This document shows, piece by piece, positions 39,320 to 53,178 of a stretch of 64,000 bases of DNA. Made by a program: the position numbers and the translations under genes. Within the stretch, counting starts at the first letter, position 1. Each line of letters begins with the position of its first letter. Under the pieces are notes generated by a model. That model made no database searches and was not told the origin of the DNA. It was given only the letters and a program-made list of their open reading frames with translations. This DNA comes from Lama glama. Lineage: Eukaryota. Location: positions 22,756,001 to 22,820,000 of the forward strand of contig CM052816.1 of NCBI GenBank assembly GCA_028534125.1. Reading direction: 5' to 3'.

Positions 39320-40010
39320 AGGTGCTCTCTCTCTTGACCTTGCATTCTCTTTCTCAGAACAATTCTCTTTCTTATCTCATTTGAGCTTCTTGAAAATTCT
39401 ACATTTGGTATTTACCACTCCACTGAAATCGCTCTATAAGTCACCCGAATTTCCAAATTCATTAACAGAGGAAACATAAATTCATAAACAGAGGAAAATT
39501 TTCAGCCTCCCTTCCTTAACCTTTCAGTGGCAGTTCACAGCATCCACCACTCCTTCCTCCACATAAACTTCTCCTCTCTGTTTCTTAGTTCTCTCTTAGA
39601 GGTCTCCTTCTCCTTAGCCTGTCCTGTTTGCATGCTGTTAATCCACAGGTTTTCTGCCTTCTGCTACTCTTTGCTCTCCCTGAGAAATCTTCACCCTTCC
39701 TTCTGCTTTAGCTTTCATGATCATGCCAAATGTGATGGGAAGCTGAGGATTCACTGCTACTTTATTCCCTGCTACATGTCCATGATTTCTAACAGAATTT
39801 GTTTAAAAGCCCTTCCAGATTTGTTCATTTGCCAAATCTATCACACTATGAACTGAAAATGGAGTCCATTTCCCCAGATGAGGTTTGATAATCGTGGGCA
39901 AATTTGCACCAAGGATATGGGAATGAATCCAAAGAAATATAAACTAGTTGCTTCTCACAGTGTCTTTTGCCAGGATATAGCTCACAGATGGTTCAACAAC
40001 TTTATGTTGA
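39320..40010 (+). mobile_element. L2 fragments
   Basis: ccactccactgaaatcgctctataagtcacc...ccttaacctttcagtggcagttcacagcatccaccactccttcctcc. Confidence 0.65.
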
Positions 40011-42975
40011 AGAATAGCAACTATGCATAGAACTTTACTGCCAGGATCTCTGAGCCTTTTACATTAATAATTGAAATAAAAGGAAAGCAACAAAAATATT
40101 CTTAAGAATAAATCAAATCCAGTAAATTTCTGGCTTGGGCAGCTTGTCTTCTGCATGTGTGTTGTTCATATGTCTGTGTTACCTATGCTTGCTGTTTATA
40201 TTAAAAATGTATCAGCATATTTTTCAAGATACTTGTGTAATTTTCACTGTACTATAAATGGTAAAAGGTAAAAATCAATAAGCTTATATAAAATTACTAT
40301 TTCACATGGAAATAACGGTTATAAATAATTATTTAGATAATAACTAACATTAGGTAATGTTTATTAATTATTAATGTTAGTTAATTGTTAATGTTTAACA
40401 ATATTCAGATATTTAAAATCAGTAATCACAAATGACATTATCTAAAAAGTAAATGTTAATTGCTGGGGAAAAAGTACAGAGACGACATTGGCTGAGCTTC
40501 TCTAGTTATTCATATCAAAGCAAAGATAAGATACTTTATTATAGGACCATAGAATTTAATCACTGGGGACATCTTAGAATTTTCACAGAAAAAATTTTAG
40601 GAATTTATCATTTGTAGAGGAGGCTATTGTGTCTAGAGAATATCTCTTTCTTAAGCTTTAATTTTTCTTAGTAAAATCTCTTATTAACATGTTTATCAAC
40701 CAAAGTTATGCAAGAATTGTATTTCTGTAACATGTAACAAAGTTGCAGGAACAAGACTATTTTTAATTGGATTATTCCTATCTCTGTTAAGCTTTCCTCA
40801 AAATAATTCAAAAATAATGCATTCACCCAGAGGATAAAATGTTCAAGCAGGAATGGCAACATAAATACATGAGAGAAAAAGGGACAAACTGCAGTTTGAT
40901 CCAGTAAATTGTCTGGCATATTTATTTGTTTTCCATTATGTGCAAGGTGTTTCAAATGATTATGAAAATGAGATGGAATCAAGATGAGTACTCTCTTCTC
41001 ACAGCAAATGACTTTTTAATACAGCAATTAATTGAACTGTTTTCCTCCAAAGAAGGTCACAGACAATATTAACTATCAGAACTTTTAGAATGTCACACTG
41101 TTGCTAAAAATTAGGAAAAACCTTGTTACATTTAGTTCTATTAAGTTACAAGAGGAAACTAAACACAATCTTTTTAATGAAGATTACTGGCGGGGCTACA
41201 GTTTCTTCACTTATTCACTGTCTCAGAAAGCTAACCATTACTGACCATCCTATTATGGAGATACTACAATACCTATCTACACACACACATATACAAATAT
41301 CTTCAGGAGTGGGGGTCTGCATTTACACTGACACTTCCCATAAGCAGACAAAAAAAAGGTAACTGCAGCCAGCACAATTCCAAGAGGGGTCTTGGGTTTG
41401 GATACAGTACTTCAGATGGTGTCTTCCTTTCATTATGTCCTAAGGGCTATGAGTTGGGAGGCCAAGAGACAAGCTTACTGTAATACTGTATGGTTCCCAT
41501 CTTCTAAACCATGTTTCTGGTAGCTGACACCTTGGAATTCCTTGTCTAAATGATGTCAAGCCCAAAATCAAAGCCTGTATCAGTCTCTTCCCCGGGTCCA
41601 CCTTCCCAAATGCAGACCACGTATACAGTGTGATTATCCCTAACGTTACAGGAATGACCAAGAAATAGAAGTTGTATGAGAGAATGGAGCTGGACAGGGT
41701 ATACAGGTGGGGGAGTTTGGAAAAAAAGAAAGGTGGGCCAGGGATCAGCTTTTCCTCTGTGGCCATATCTGCACTTTGGCTCCAACTGTCCTCCCCATGA
41801 GCTCTTCTCCTTCTCCTGCTGAATTCTGACACCCCTCAAGGCCAGGTTCCTAGGCAGACCACTGATTCCTTAAACAAGTTATACATGTTCCTTTGAACTT
41901 ACATGACATTATGGTTGTTTACTTATCTATTTCCCCTGTGAACTCATGAGTGCTCATAAAATACTTTATTCAGTTTTTGCATCCCTTGTGCCTTTCCCCG
42001 TGTATGTACTAAATTTCCATGTAATGGACATTAATGGATTCTTTTCAAGTAAATAATACCAATTTCCTATTTAAACAAAATCTGAAAAACAGTTCCAGCT
42101 GTTTAGTGGGTGACCCAAATGAATTTAATCTGTAATATCCCTGTCACTGTGTGAACTGCTATTCTAAATACGTCTCATAGAATAACTGGGGTTTTTGTTG
42201 ATTTGATACGCTGTTAAATTGGAATATGGATACAAGGGAAAAGGAAAAAATGGTTAGAATTAAGGCAAAGTTAATAATTCCAAAAAGTTATGACTAACTG
42301 TTGAACACAGTAAGTACTCAGAATCAAAAGGATGATTGCTAATAGAAACAAAAGCAATGGCGTAATGGAAGTTTGCCTTTTAGGCTATTCCATGGAGACT
42401 TTATTCTTGGTAGCATAATTTCACCATCACAGAAAAAGGAAAAACACCATTTCTGTGTGTCTTGTATTATTCTGTATAACTGGGTGAAACTGTCCTCGTA
42501 AAAATGCTAAGTAACCACAAACATAGTTTTATTGAAAAAATATCAAGAAGCCTATCAACCACTAAATATTTATTTCCACCAATTACAATGATTTGAAATT
42601 TCTGCCTAAATATCACCCCATTTAATTTTTTAAATAAGCCAAAGTTAAAATTCTATTCAGTTGCCATTTGTTGAAGATATTTTTAAACTCGGCACTATGC
42701 TGTGCGTGTTCCAAGAGAAATAATAATGAGTAAGCCATTAACCACCATCAAGATTTCCCAGGAAATGAAATCAAACACATTTGGAAAAACAAAAAGAAGC
42801 AAGAATAAAATAAGTACTCAGCAAGGGCCTTGGAAAATTTAAGAAAAAGGTCACTGGTGAAAGCTGAAAGTTTCAATTTGGTTTCATGGAGGCTGAATGC
42901 TTTTCTGGATCTTGAAGGGTAGAATTAAATAATTAAAAGGGGGAGGGGAGTTTGGGGATCTCAGGGCTAGCAGTG

Positions 42976-43430
42976 TGTATGCTCAGGCCACTCATGATGG
43001 CTGTTCTCTTGGTCTCTGTATATCCCCTGCTCAACCAGTGCCTGCTTCACCTGTAGCCTACTCACAAGACCGACCTTCCTACATACTTGCCCCAGGCCCC
43101 AGCTAATGATATTCCCAATAGCTTACCCAAGGGATGGTTAGGGGTGTGCCCCTCTGCTGGTTTCCCTGGTAACCAATGAACCAAACCAATGTTAATTCCC
43201 CCTATAACAGGTAACCTCCCCCTGCCCCTGCAAGGGAAGAGTGACACCATGTTCCGCCCTGCTGTCACCTGCACACAGTGGGGTTTTGCTCCAGGACCTT
43301 GCTTCAAACTTGTAAGCTCCCTCCTATCAGTTAAACTACAGTCACTCTCTATCTCTGACTCTGGGCTCTTTCCTGGGTCTTGACGCTGGGCAAGTACAGG
43401 CCTTGGAAGCCTACAGGGTGCAGAGCAACA
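42976..43430 (+). mobile_element. Solo LTR of about 455 bp (ERV1-like, probably lineage-restricted)
   Basis: TG...CA ends (tgtatgctc...gagcaaca); GC-richer than its flanks; two CCAAT boxes followed by a TATA-like cctataa; family not identified and no clean TSD. Confidence 0.65.
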
Positions 43431-44019
43431 AGGTGGATCATGGTCGTTTATGAGAGCTAACACTATTGGAGCCAGGCAGATTGGAGCAAGTAGCTATCCG
43501 TTTTAAGATAATATTTTAACTCATTGGAATCAAACATTAACCAACTGCCTGATTAGATCGGTTCAGAATGGGATACAAGAGACAATAATATTCATTGGAA
43601 ATTAAGAAAACAGGTAATTCTGAAAAAGCAACTTATTCATTACTCTACCAAATAATTAACCCAAGGCAAGTAAAGAAATTAAAGGCTCTATGATACACCT
43701 GCACGAGCGTGACAGGGGCTGTCGGAGTGGTGGCCTGAGATCTGAGTACAGCTTTTGTATGTGTGGCAGAGGAGGAGTGTGAGGAAGGCTGATGACTTCT
43801 AAGTCGCTGATATAAACTCAAGGTGTACAGTGTATTGCTCAGTAACATAAAAAGACTGGTACGGGTCATTATAGGAAAGATTAATAGATATATAACAAAT
43901 GGAAATACGAGTTTATGCCTCATTTGCATGATCTCCAGAGGAGCTGTACTTAGTCGTGAACTTATGATCATATTATCTGTAGAAAGGAGAAGTCCTCCAA
44001 ATAAAGTCTACAGATTAAT

Positions 44020-45005
44020 AACCTCTAAATATATATTTACAGCCCAAATCACTCCTGAGCTTGAAGTTCCCATTTCCACATGAATTCTTAACATTTATAG
44101 TTTAACATTTCAAATATGTCAAACTCAACATGCAAAAGAGAACTCTTCATTTTCATTCAAATAGCCACACAGCAGTGAACGTTCCACCATGCACCTAGTT
44201 TCTTAAGGCAGAAATCTAGAAGGTATTATTTTCTTCTGGTTTGTGACAAACCTCTGCTTACTTCTACATCTAATGTGTCATTATGTTTCAATAATTAAAG
44301 TTTAAATCAATCTATTTCTAAAATATATTACAAATATCTCTACCTGCCTATGTCCATAGCTACCACATTTATCGATCATACCATTTTCTCATCTGAACCT
44401 CTGCAGCCACCCTCAACCGGTTCCCTTGTCACCTCTAATCTTTCCCTATACATCAACTTAAAATGTAAAGAAGATCCCGTCCTTTCACTACTTTATCCTC
44501 CTTGAAGTCTTCTATCGCATTTAGAATAAAAATTCAAATGACTTCCTGCATCTTCTGATCCTTCTTGCTCTCATCCTGGTTTATTTCTCCAATCCTATCA
44601 CATAACATACGTTCATTGATCACTACGCTCCAGTCACATTTTTCTTTCCTAACTTCTGCTGTTTGTCCTTCATTTTACTCCAGTTTTCACAAGGCTAGCA
44701 CCTTCTAATTATTCAAATCTCTGTTTAAATTTCCATTCCTCAAAGAGGCCCACCCACATCTGAAGTAGCTCTATTCCACCCTCATGCCCAGTTTTCTCCA
44801 TTCCTTTTCATTGATTTCATAGCATTTACATTACTTCATAAAGACCTTCTGATCTGACAGCTATTCTGTTTATGTCTCTTATTCTGTGAGAGCAGGAGCC
44901 ATGTCTGCTTGATTCACTACTGTATTTCCTTCACCTAGCATGGTACTCAGCAGGTACTCAATACATAACAGGTACTCAAGTAACATTTGTTAACAAATAG
45001 ATGGA
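44020..45005 (+). mobile_element. L2 LINE 3' region
   Basis: cagcccaaatcactcctgagctt...aaactcaacatg...tgtgagagcaggagccatgtctgcttgattcactactgtatttcc...cctagcatggtactcagcaggtactcaata. Confidence 0.8.
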
Positions 45006-45154
45006 TTTGGGGTATATTTACCAATACACAGCCTTCTGAAGCACTCTGAAAAAATATTTAAATGTTAATCATACTGATATTTTCCCTTAAAATTTTGAGA
45101 CAAGATGGGATATAGGTATTTAAACAAACAATCAAGCAACACAATTTTAGGTTC

Positions 45155-45404
45155 AATTGGTGATGTGAAATTGGTACAGCCATAATGGCAAACAGTATGG
45201 ACATTTCTTAAAAACTGAGAAATAAAATTACCATATGATCCGGCAATCCCACCTCTGGGTATACAATCCAAAGAAACAAAATCAGCTTCTCAAAAAAATA
45301 TCTATACCTCCATGTTCATTTCACCATTATTTATAATAGCCAAGATATGGAAATAGTGTTGTGTCCACTAATAGATGAGTGGATAAGGAAAATATAGTGC
45401 ATGC

Positions 45405-45443
<39 letters not shown>

Positions 45444-45948
45444 AATATTTTTCAGGCATAAGGAAGGAGGAAATCTTGCCACTTGTAACAACATGAATGA
45501 ACCCGGAGGACATTAAGCTAAGTGAAGTAAGTCAGCCACAGAAAGACAAATACTGTATGATCTCACTTATATGAGGAATCTAAAAAAGTTGAAATTGCAG
45601 AACCAAAGAATAGAATTGTGGCTATCAGAGGTAGGGAAAATGGGGAGATGTGAGTCAAAGGCTAAAAACTTCCAGTTTTAAGATGAGTTAAAGTCTGGAG
45701 ATCTAATGTACAACAGGAGGACTAAGTTAATATTAATAATATTGTATTATATATTTGAAATTTGCTAAGAGAGTAGATCTTAAGTATTCTTAACACAAAA
45801 GAATAGTAACTATGTGACATGATGGATATGTTAATTAACTTGACCATAGTTATCATTTCATAATGTATACATATATCTAATCATCATGTTGCACATTTTA
45901 AATACATACAATTTTTACTGTCAATTATACTTCAATAAAGCTGAAAAA
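45155..45948 (+). mobile_element. L1MA-like LINE 3' end with an internal (CA)n at about 45407-45440
   Basis: aattggtacagccat...ttaccatatgatccggcaatcccacctctgggtata...tttgctaagagagtagatcttaag...caattatacttcaataaagctg. Confidence 0.92.
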
Positions 45949-48317
45949 TGGTGAAGGTAATATATAATTCAATATACCACTATTCTATATATCACTATTC
46001 TACAGTCCATCATAATCTTTGATGTACAAATCAAGAATATACAAAGGCTTTCCAAAATGTCTCTCCTTACAATAGCAAAAGGCTCTTGCTACTTTCAAAC
46101 CAGGCTGATTCTTACAATTGTATTTGAGAAAAATGAACCTCTTAGAACACCCAATGTCATCTATTAATTTCACATTTCACCTCATAATTTAAAAGTGACT
46201 TCCATTTGTTAGTGAAGTACCTATTAAAAACATTTCTGTAACTATGCTCTGTTCATTTTTGAAGTGAGGAAACTGAGTTTAAAGGAATATTACAAGTTTT
46301 TGAAACTTCATAAAAATAATAGTCAAGTTTTCTGAGATAAGTAAAAGCTACTCTAGAAATACTTGGTTTTCATAGTTTGGTTTTCGGTTAAATTAAACAA
46401 CACAGCATATCACATTAACTACATAGTGATACAAAGCCAGCCAGTTTAATATTTTAACAATGTCCTAAATTATCATGCACATGTAAACAAAACCTGCGAC
46501 TAAATACTCAAAATGAAATGGATATCTGAAATGACAACGATATATAGACAGCTAGATTAAATGAGAGATAACTCAGATCTTAATAAAATACTCCTTCCAG
46601 CTGAAATTTTCACGTGATTAAAAAAGAAAAAAAGTTTAAAGACTATTCCCAACACTGCATTTGTTCGCTTTGTTTTGGCGTAGACTAAGTGTATATTTGA
46701 CCATTATTAATTATAAGAGCCAAGAATCTGTCCTTAAGTTAAAGTGGAAATGCATTCCAATCAGTGTTACCTCTACAATTCAATCTCTTAGGGAAAGAGT
46801 GCCAGCAAAAACACCATGTCAGTATTAATTTGAAAACAAACCCTGCTAGATGAGGTGTGAAATGGGATAAATCTTAGCATTTACACTTCCATTTTTCTCT
46901 CTTGTATAAAATCTTAGTGGACAACTGTATTCTTACGAGGCAAAGCACTCTTTATAATGAAAGAATGACCTTATTGAAAGACATGCATTTAAGATTTTAA
47001 TCTTTGTTTCAAAGCAGCTCCTCAATTTGGGACAAACCTCATTCTACTTGCTATGAGTCAAAATTTCAGGACACTAATAGACAGGGAACAGTTAAAAGAT
47101 TTATATGTCTTCATATTCCTTATTAAAACGAATGTGTAAACCATGTTCAGCTATTATTCACAATGCTCTCTGCCAACTCTGCCTGGCAGCAGCAAATTCA
47201 ATAATCCACGCAGCCTTAGGCCCCAGGCTGTTCCGGGTTTGATATGGTGGGGGCAGACAAACTGGGGAAAGGGTGGATCACAATCTCCATCTGCCTGAGT
47301 AATTTAACTCAGCGTGCCAGTCTATACTTACAACTTGCCTATGGTCTAAGAGAACAGAGGTAAGACAAGTGGTAAAAGTTACACAATGCCACACTGTTAT
47401 TTACTGTAAAGGCCTAAGTAATTTCTTAAATAGAGAAAAATTTGGTATTTTCCCAAATGGGTTCAGATAGAGTAATTATGGGATTTCTGAACTAAAAATC
47501 TTAAAGCCAGGAGATACATACATACTGTCCAAAATTCCTCCATGCAAACTTGCACATATTTTACAGAAAAAAAAGGTGAACTCTTTTTTAGAGCAATGTT
47601 TGTAAGTCAAAATAATATTCTCTTTTCCTATAAGAAAGCAAACATTACATGGCAGGATAAGAGATTTAAGGTTTTCCCCTAAATCTCCTATAAAACTAAA
47701 ACTGAGCCATGATATTAACTCTGTTAACCAAGAATGAATTTTATCATACTTAGTAACAAACAAACATAAAATCATATGTAAGCCATCATATATAGACCAT
47801 CATAAATATTAAAATCATATGTAAGTTTCTCACTTATTTTGTACATTGTAAGATATAGATGGAGAGAAGAAAGAGGTATTGTTAAGGACCAAACATTTTT
47901 AATGACTTCCCATGATTCAAGTGATTTATAGTTACAGATATTTAATGGCAAAGACAGTTCACAAAAAGGTTAAATTTACAAGACTTGAGGCAGCTTACGA
48001 TGGGATTAGGAAAAGCATCTAGTAATCCAAAGTAAGAAAAGCAGGTAAGGTTTAAATGAACTGGAGAATACTTGAATTAAATCAGCACATCTTTCCTGTG
48101 AATCTAATGAGCTTACATTATAACTATTCTTTGATTCACTCCAGCAATTCAAAATTGCTTAAGCATTCAGCTAAGCAGTAATTTTATTTGAAATTACTTG
48201 GACTTTATATGCACAAATGGTCATCGTTTGTGTTTTCATTTGTCTTGAGTTAACAAATATGGCCTTCCTAGATATATCAGAGGTTAATACTGTATTTAAA
48301 AGTTACTTTTTAAAACA

Positions 48318-48608
48318 CCTTTATTGTGGTATGGTTCCTGGACAGTAAACTACACATATTTCAGATGTACAATTTGATGAATTTTGATAGATGTATACAC
48401 CCAAGAAACAATCGCCACAATCAAGATAGCTAACATTTCCATCACTCCCCAAGAGGTGTAATTTCCAAATTCCCAATTTATCCCTTCCCACCCCTTTTAC
48501 TCCCCTGGTAACCATAAGTTTGTTTTCTATGTCTGTGAGTCTGTGTCTGTTTTGCAGATAAGTTCATTTATGTCTTTTTTTTTAAGATTGCACATATAAG
48601 CAATATCA
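48318..48608 (-). mobile_element. Two abutting antisense L1 3' UTR fragments (L1MB-like 48318-48455; younger L1 48458-48608)
   Basis: gtacaatttgatgaattttga...caatcaagatagctaacatttccatcactccc followed by cccctggtaaccataagtttgttttctatgtctgtgagtctg. Confidence 0.7.
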
Positions 48609-51552
48609 TTAAAAAATTCTTTATTTTTCACTAAATGAATTGCAAGTTCTTAGCATGTACTATTCCTAGCATGCTCAGAATCTCACCAGCTTCACCCAAA
48701 TCATTAGGTAGCTCATCCTTCCTATGCCATACTACTATCACCTCTTTTCTTTTTACCCAGAGATTTTTATACATCTATGCAGTACCATCAGAAACTGAAT
48801 AACAGAGTGATTTGTTTGATGTTCAGACCCATTCTTCTAAGAACCACAGCCACAGGGGATTTGAAACTATGTAATCCTACGGAAGGCCTACTCTTGGCCA
48901 ATCCTTCACAGAGGACACTTACCAAACACTAGTTTGGCCACTGGGAAGCAAGGTAGAAACTTGTGAAGCTTCAGGCATGTTCAGTACACTGTAAGGAAGA
49001 ATTCTAAAATGTTACCCACTTGACATGCCTCAGAAAGTCTGGTCGCCTTCACTAGAGTTTTCAAATAGATAATGAATGACTATTTTGTCTTAGATGCCAA
49101 AGACATTTTTATCCATATACTGAGGGTTATTCAAGGTAACCGCTAAACTCTCTTGAAGTCTAAGATTATATTTCATATTTTGTTCTTTTGATTCTTGGAG
49201 AAAAAAATCCTCACCCTTAGTTTTCACATAAAAAGTCATCTGACAAATATGGGTACCTAGTCTCCTGGGATGTATACTGAAGCCAGAGCATATAACAGAG
49301 TGCACCTTGGGTAAGTCCTATGACACAAAGTCATCACATAGGTTGGAGTGAGTAAGCCCATGAACAAAAAGTCAGCACTACAGTCTTCATTCTAGATGCT
49401 CAACCTCGGGCAAAAATCTTATCTCCCAAGGTCTTGACCAACCCATATATAAGATGAAGGCGTTGGATAATACTATTTTACTCATCAAATATTTCCTGAA
49501 TGTTTAATGTATTTTAGACCCTGAATATACAATATATAAAGATATATCTTCAAAATACTTACAGTCAAGTTACATATCCCACTGGAGGACAGTGCTTCAG
49601 GGAAGCCTTCCTGGAGTACGTGAACTCAGAATCTGACAAAGATAAGGACTGAGTTAGGAGCATAACAAGAATGTAACAGGGACAAATCCAAGGCCTGGCA
49701 GACAGACAGACAGTATTAGTGGGTGAATGTGTGTGTGATGGGACTAGGGTAATGGAAAGAAATGATGAAGAGTCCTTTTGAACTTTCAACTCCTCTGAAC
49801 ATTTGCTGCTCAGTTGATTTTTTTGAAAATTTTTTCATGTTTCACTTTCCCACTTCATTGTCATTTCTTAGGGATAGTAACTATGTTTTAATGTTGTTTT
49901 GAATTTTTCTTCTTCTTTTCCACTCTAGCTCTCTAAACCACCTTACCACCCCCACCTTAGTGATTGCTCATAGGAGACTCTCAGTAAATAGGCCAATGTA
50001 TGAACCTCATTCTCCTTTTCCCATAGGTAAGAGCACAAAGTTAATATTGAGACACAAGCCTCCAGGCAATTAAGCATCCACTGGCCTTTTGCATAAGCAG
50101 TCTTGGTCTCTTGCCTCTACACCACTCTGCAAAATTTCTGTAGCTTCTCTCTACTCTCCCGCAATCTCCACACCTCAAAGTGCTCTAGATAAAGAACTGT
50201 GATCATGGTTAAGGGATATCAAGGAGAAATGGAGTTTTTAACTGTGAAAAATACTATTTAACATCCCCTTAACTTCCTTGGAGGTAGAACTGATGCTCAA
50301 AGCTCAGTGAGGTGCTGAAATTTGATGGCCTGAAACAAAGAATACAAATGAAAACAAAGCTAGTTGCTAAGTCTGTTTATCAGGCAGTTCTGTGTCTTGG
50401 GGCTTTTTCCCGAGAGCGCTCAGTTTTACATTAATGCTGCTTTATGTTGCTGCCTGTTTTCATACAGAATTATTCTGCGTTTATTCGTTGTTCACTAAGT
50501 AGCCAGCACTAACTTCAGAGAAGCCATGCACAGGAACTATCCAGCACTGGGCCTGAGGTAGGTAGCCTGCATGAGCCATAAGGTTTGCTGTTGGGTATTT
50601 CTTTGCTAAGGGCACTACTGCATGGATGTCTTTAAATGAGCACTTGACAAAAAATCACAGGAACTTTACTCATTTCACAGCCAGTAAGTATAAGTATCTA
50701 GTACTCAAAAATCAATGCACACTATGTTTTCATCCAGCGTAGGATGAATTAAATTCTCCACATGCTAAGTGAAACAAGAGTATTTCAACAGTCTTGCTAA
50801 AGGGTGTGTTTTGACCAGTCCTTTTCCTTTGGTTCCAATTTATCTTCATGGTTTAGATACGTGGTCAGGTCCAGAGTCTGATGCAAGTAAAGTGATTTCC
50901 CTTTAATGGGGGGGGGGGCGGGCGTGTGGCGGGGCTGGGAAGAGTCATTTGTCCCATCAGTAGAATATACTGATTTCGCATTAGAAAGAAGTAAAACAAA
51001 TGGGTCATATGTGTAATTTCATTTAAGAAACATTTACGTAATTTGACCTGGGGTAAAAATGGTGACATATCGGAGGATTATTCCTGGAAAAGATGAGAAT
51101 AACATTGAGTTCTCTCTTCACTGAAGACTTTAAAGTAAAATATGATTCAAGTCTACAGAAAATTTATAATTTCACTTGTAATGAAAAATTCATTCATAAT
51201 ATAGTATCTCTCTGAGAAACATAACTAATACTTATGTACTTCCTCAATAAATTATGATATTGGATAAATGTGCATTTGTACAATTTTCTCATTATTAATA
51301 GAGGAGATTACAAAGTATATTTTAGTTGTTAAGTCACTAGACACTGGTAAAGATTCCCTTGAACTTCCTCTGTCCTCAGTATAACACCCATTGAGACGCA
51401 CTATAGCAAATGGATTATAGCAAAAATTTTGGAGTCATGCAGTGCTGGGTTCAAGTCCTGGCTCCACTACTGTATCATTACAAGTGATGGAAAACACATT
51501 TTAACCCAGCCTAAGGAATTTTTTCAAATTTGTTTGTTCAAATAATTGAGAG

Positions 51553-52110
51553 ATTCCAGCATAAATGAAATTTTGTTCTCCATGATCAACACCTCTCTAT
51601 TTCCCACCATCCCCAAACCTCTGACAAGCATGGTTCTATTTTCTGCTTCTATGAGTTTGACTTTAAATTCCACATGTAACCAAAATCATGCAGAATTTGT
51701 CTTCACCAATCTGACTTATTTTACTTAACATAATGGCCTCCAGGTTTAACCATGCGGTCACAAATAGTAGGATTTCCTTCTTTTTTTAAAAGTTGAGTAA
51801 TATTCCACTGTATGTTTACTATATTTTCACAGTTTCAGTTATGTAAAGTGATTAAGTTCAAGAGATCTAATCGAACAGCATGGTGACCATAGTTAACAGT
51901 ACTGTTTGTATACCTGATATTTGCTAAGAGCTCTTAAATGTTTTCACAACAACAAAAAAGGTAACTATGTGAGGTAATGAATATGTTAATTAATTTGATT
52001 GTGGAAATCATTTTACAATGTGTATATATATACATACCAAAACATCACACTACACATGTCATATATATACAATTTTTACTTATAAATTATATTCAAAAAA
52101 GCTAAGAAAA
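51553..52110. mobile_element. L1MA-like 3' end with 5' inversion (antisense 51553-51828, sense 51829-52110)
   Basis: Orientation switch at about 51828; the two halves are adjacent parts of one L1 3' end (compare 45540-45948). Confidence 0.8.
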
Positions 52111-52389
52111 TTCTAGGGGAATATGAATTCAGGCACAACTGAACTCAGGGATCAGACAGTGTTAACAGGACTGAATTTTCTCCACCTCTTGGCATGGTTT
52201 TCTCTTCCATGCAATGACTTTATTTCATGGAAAATAGTTAAAGCTTCACATTTGCTCAGATTATAACCCAGCCAAGAAGGCCACAGGCTTGTAAAGTAGA
52301 GCTTAAAAAACACATATCCTGAAAATTGAGGTCTATTATTAGAAGTAGGTAAATTGATTCTTGGTGACAAAAATACCATTCTCCCCTCC

Positions 52390-52560
52390 AATATCATTTA
52401 TTAACTGTGTGATTTTAGGCAACTTACGCAATCCATCCAAGCTCCAATTTCAACTGTAAAATGGAGATCATAATGTGGATTACTTTCTGCGGTGTCCTGG
52501 GGTTAAATAAATTTTTGGAAACAGTATCTAAAGCTCTTGGCAGAATGCAGACAAATAATA
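52390..52560 (+). mobile_element. MIR SINE fragment
   Basis: taactgtgtgattttaggcaacttac...aactgtaaaatggagatcataatg. Confidence 0.6.
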
Positions 52561-53178
52561 TATGGGGAATAAAACTGCTGGAAAATGCTCCAGAAAGAGC
52601 TAGGAGTAGGAAAAATGGGGTCCTAATTTCAACCCCTGACCAGGACTGATGGTCTCTCCAAAGCAAAACCACATTTCTGTGACAAAAATGCATTTGAAAG
52701 TATATGACTAAGTTCATAGAATAGCTTAAACTTGCCAAAGAAAATTACACCAGCTTTTATTAAAGACGGTGTATGCTGGGCAGAGAGAAAGAAAAAGAAA
52801 AAAATATCCATATTCTTGTTTCATGAACAATGCATCATTTGTTTTAATCCTTCCACCTACAGAGGAAAAGAGGAGAATGAAAGACAAAACCATAGCATCA
52901 TGCATGTACATCACTTGAATACAGAAAATTGGTGAGATTTCCCCATGTCTGGCAGTACTCTTCGGACTGATACCTCAAAATTTACCCACTGGACTAGAAT
53001 GACAAGAAAAAGAAAGTAAGAGAGGGACAGAAAAAAAAAGAGGAAGAAAGGGACGGGAGGGAAACATAAAGAAATAAGGATGAGACAGAGATAGGTGCAT
53101 TACTCCACACTGGCAAGTGAAAAAGGGACTCCTGATCTCCTTGGAAACATGCTAATGACCTTATCCAGATCTCCTTGT

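Noticed and set aside
41440..41839. Overlapping 130-aa and 97-aa minus-strand ORFs
   Set aside because: No domain similarity; locally higher GC explains the lack of stops; probably decayed repeat
43062..43463. 133-aa minus-strand ORF
   Set aside because: Lies antisense within a solo LTR
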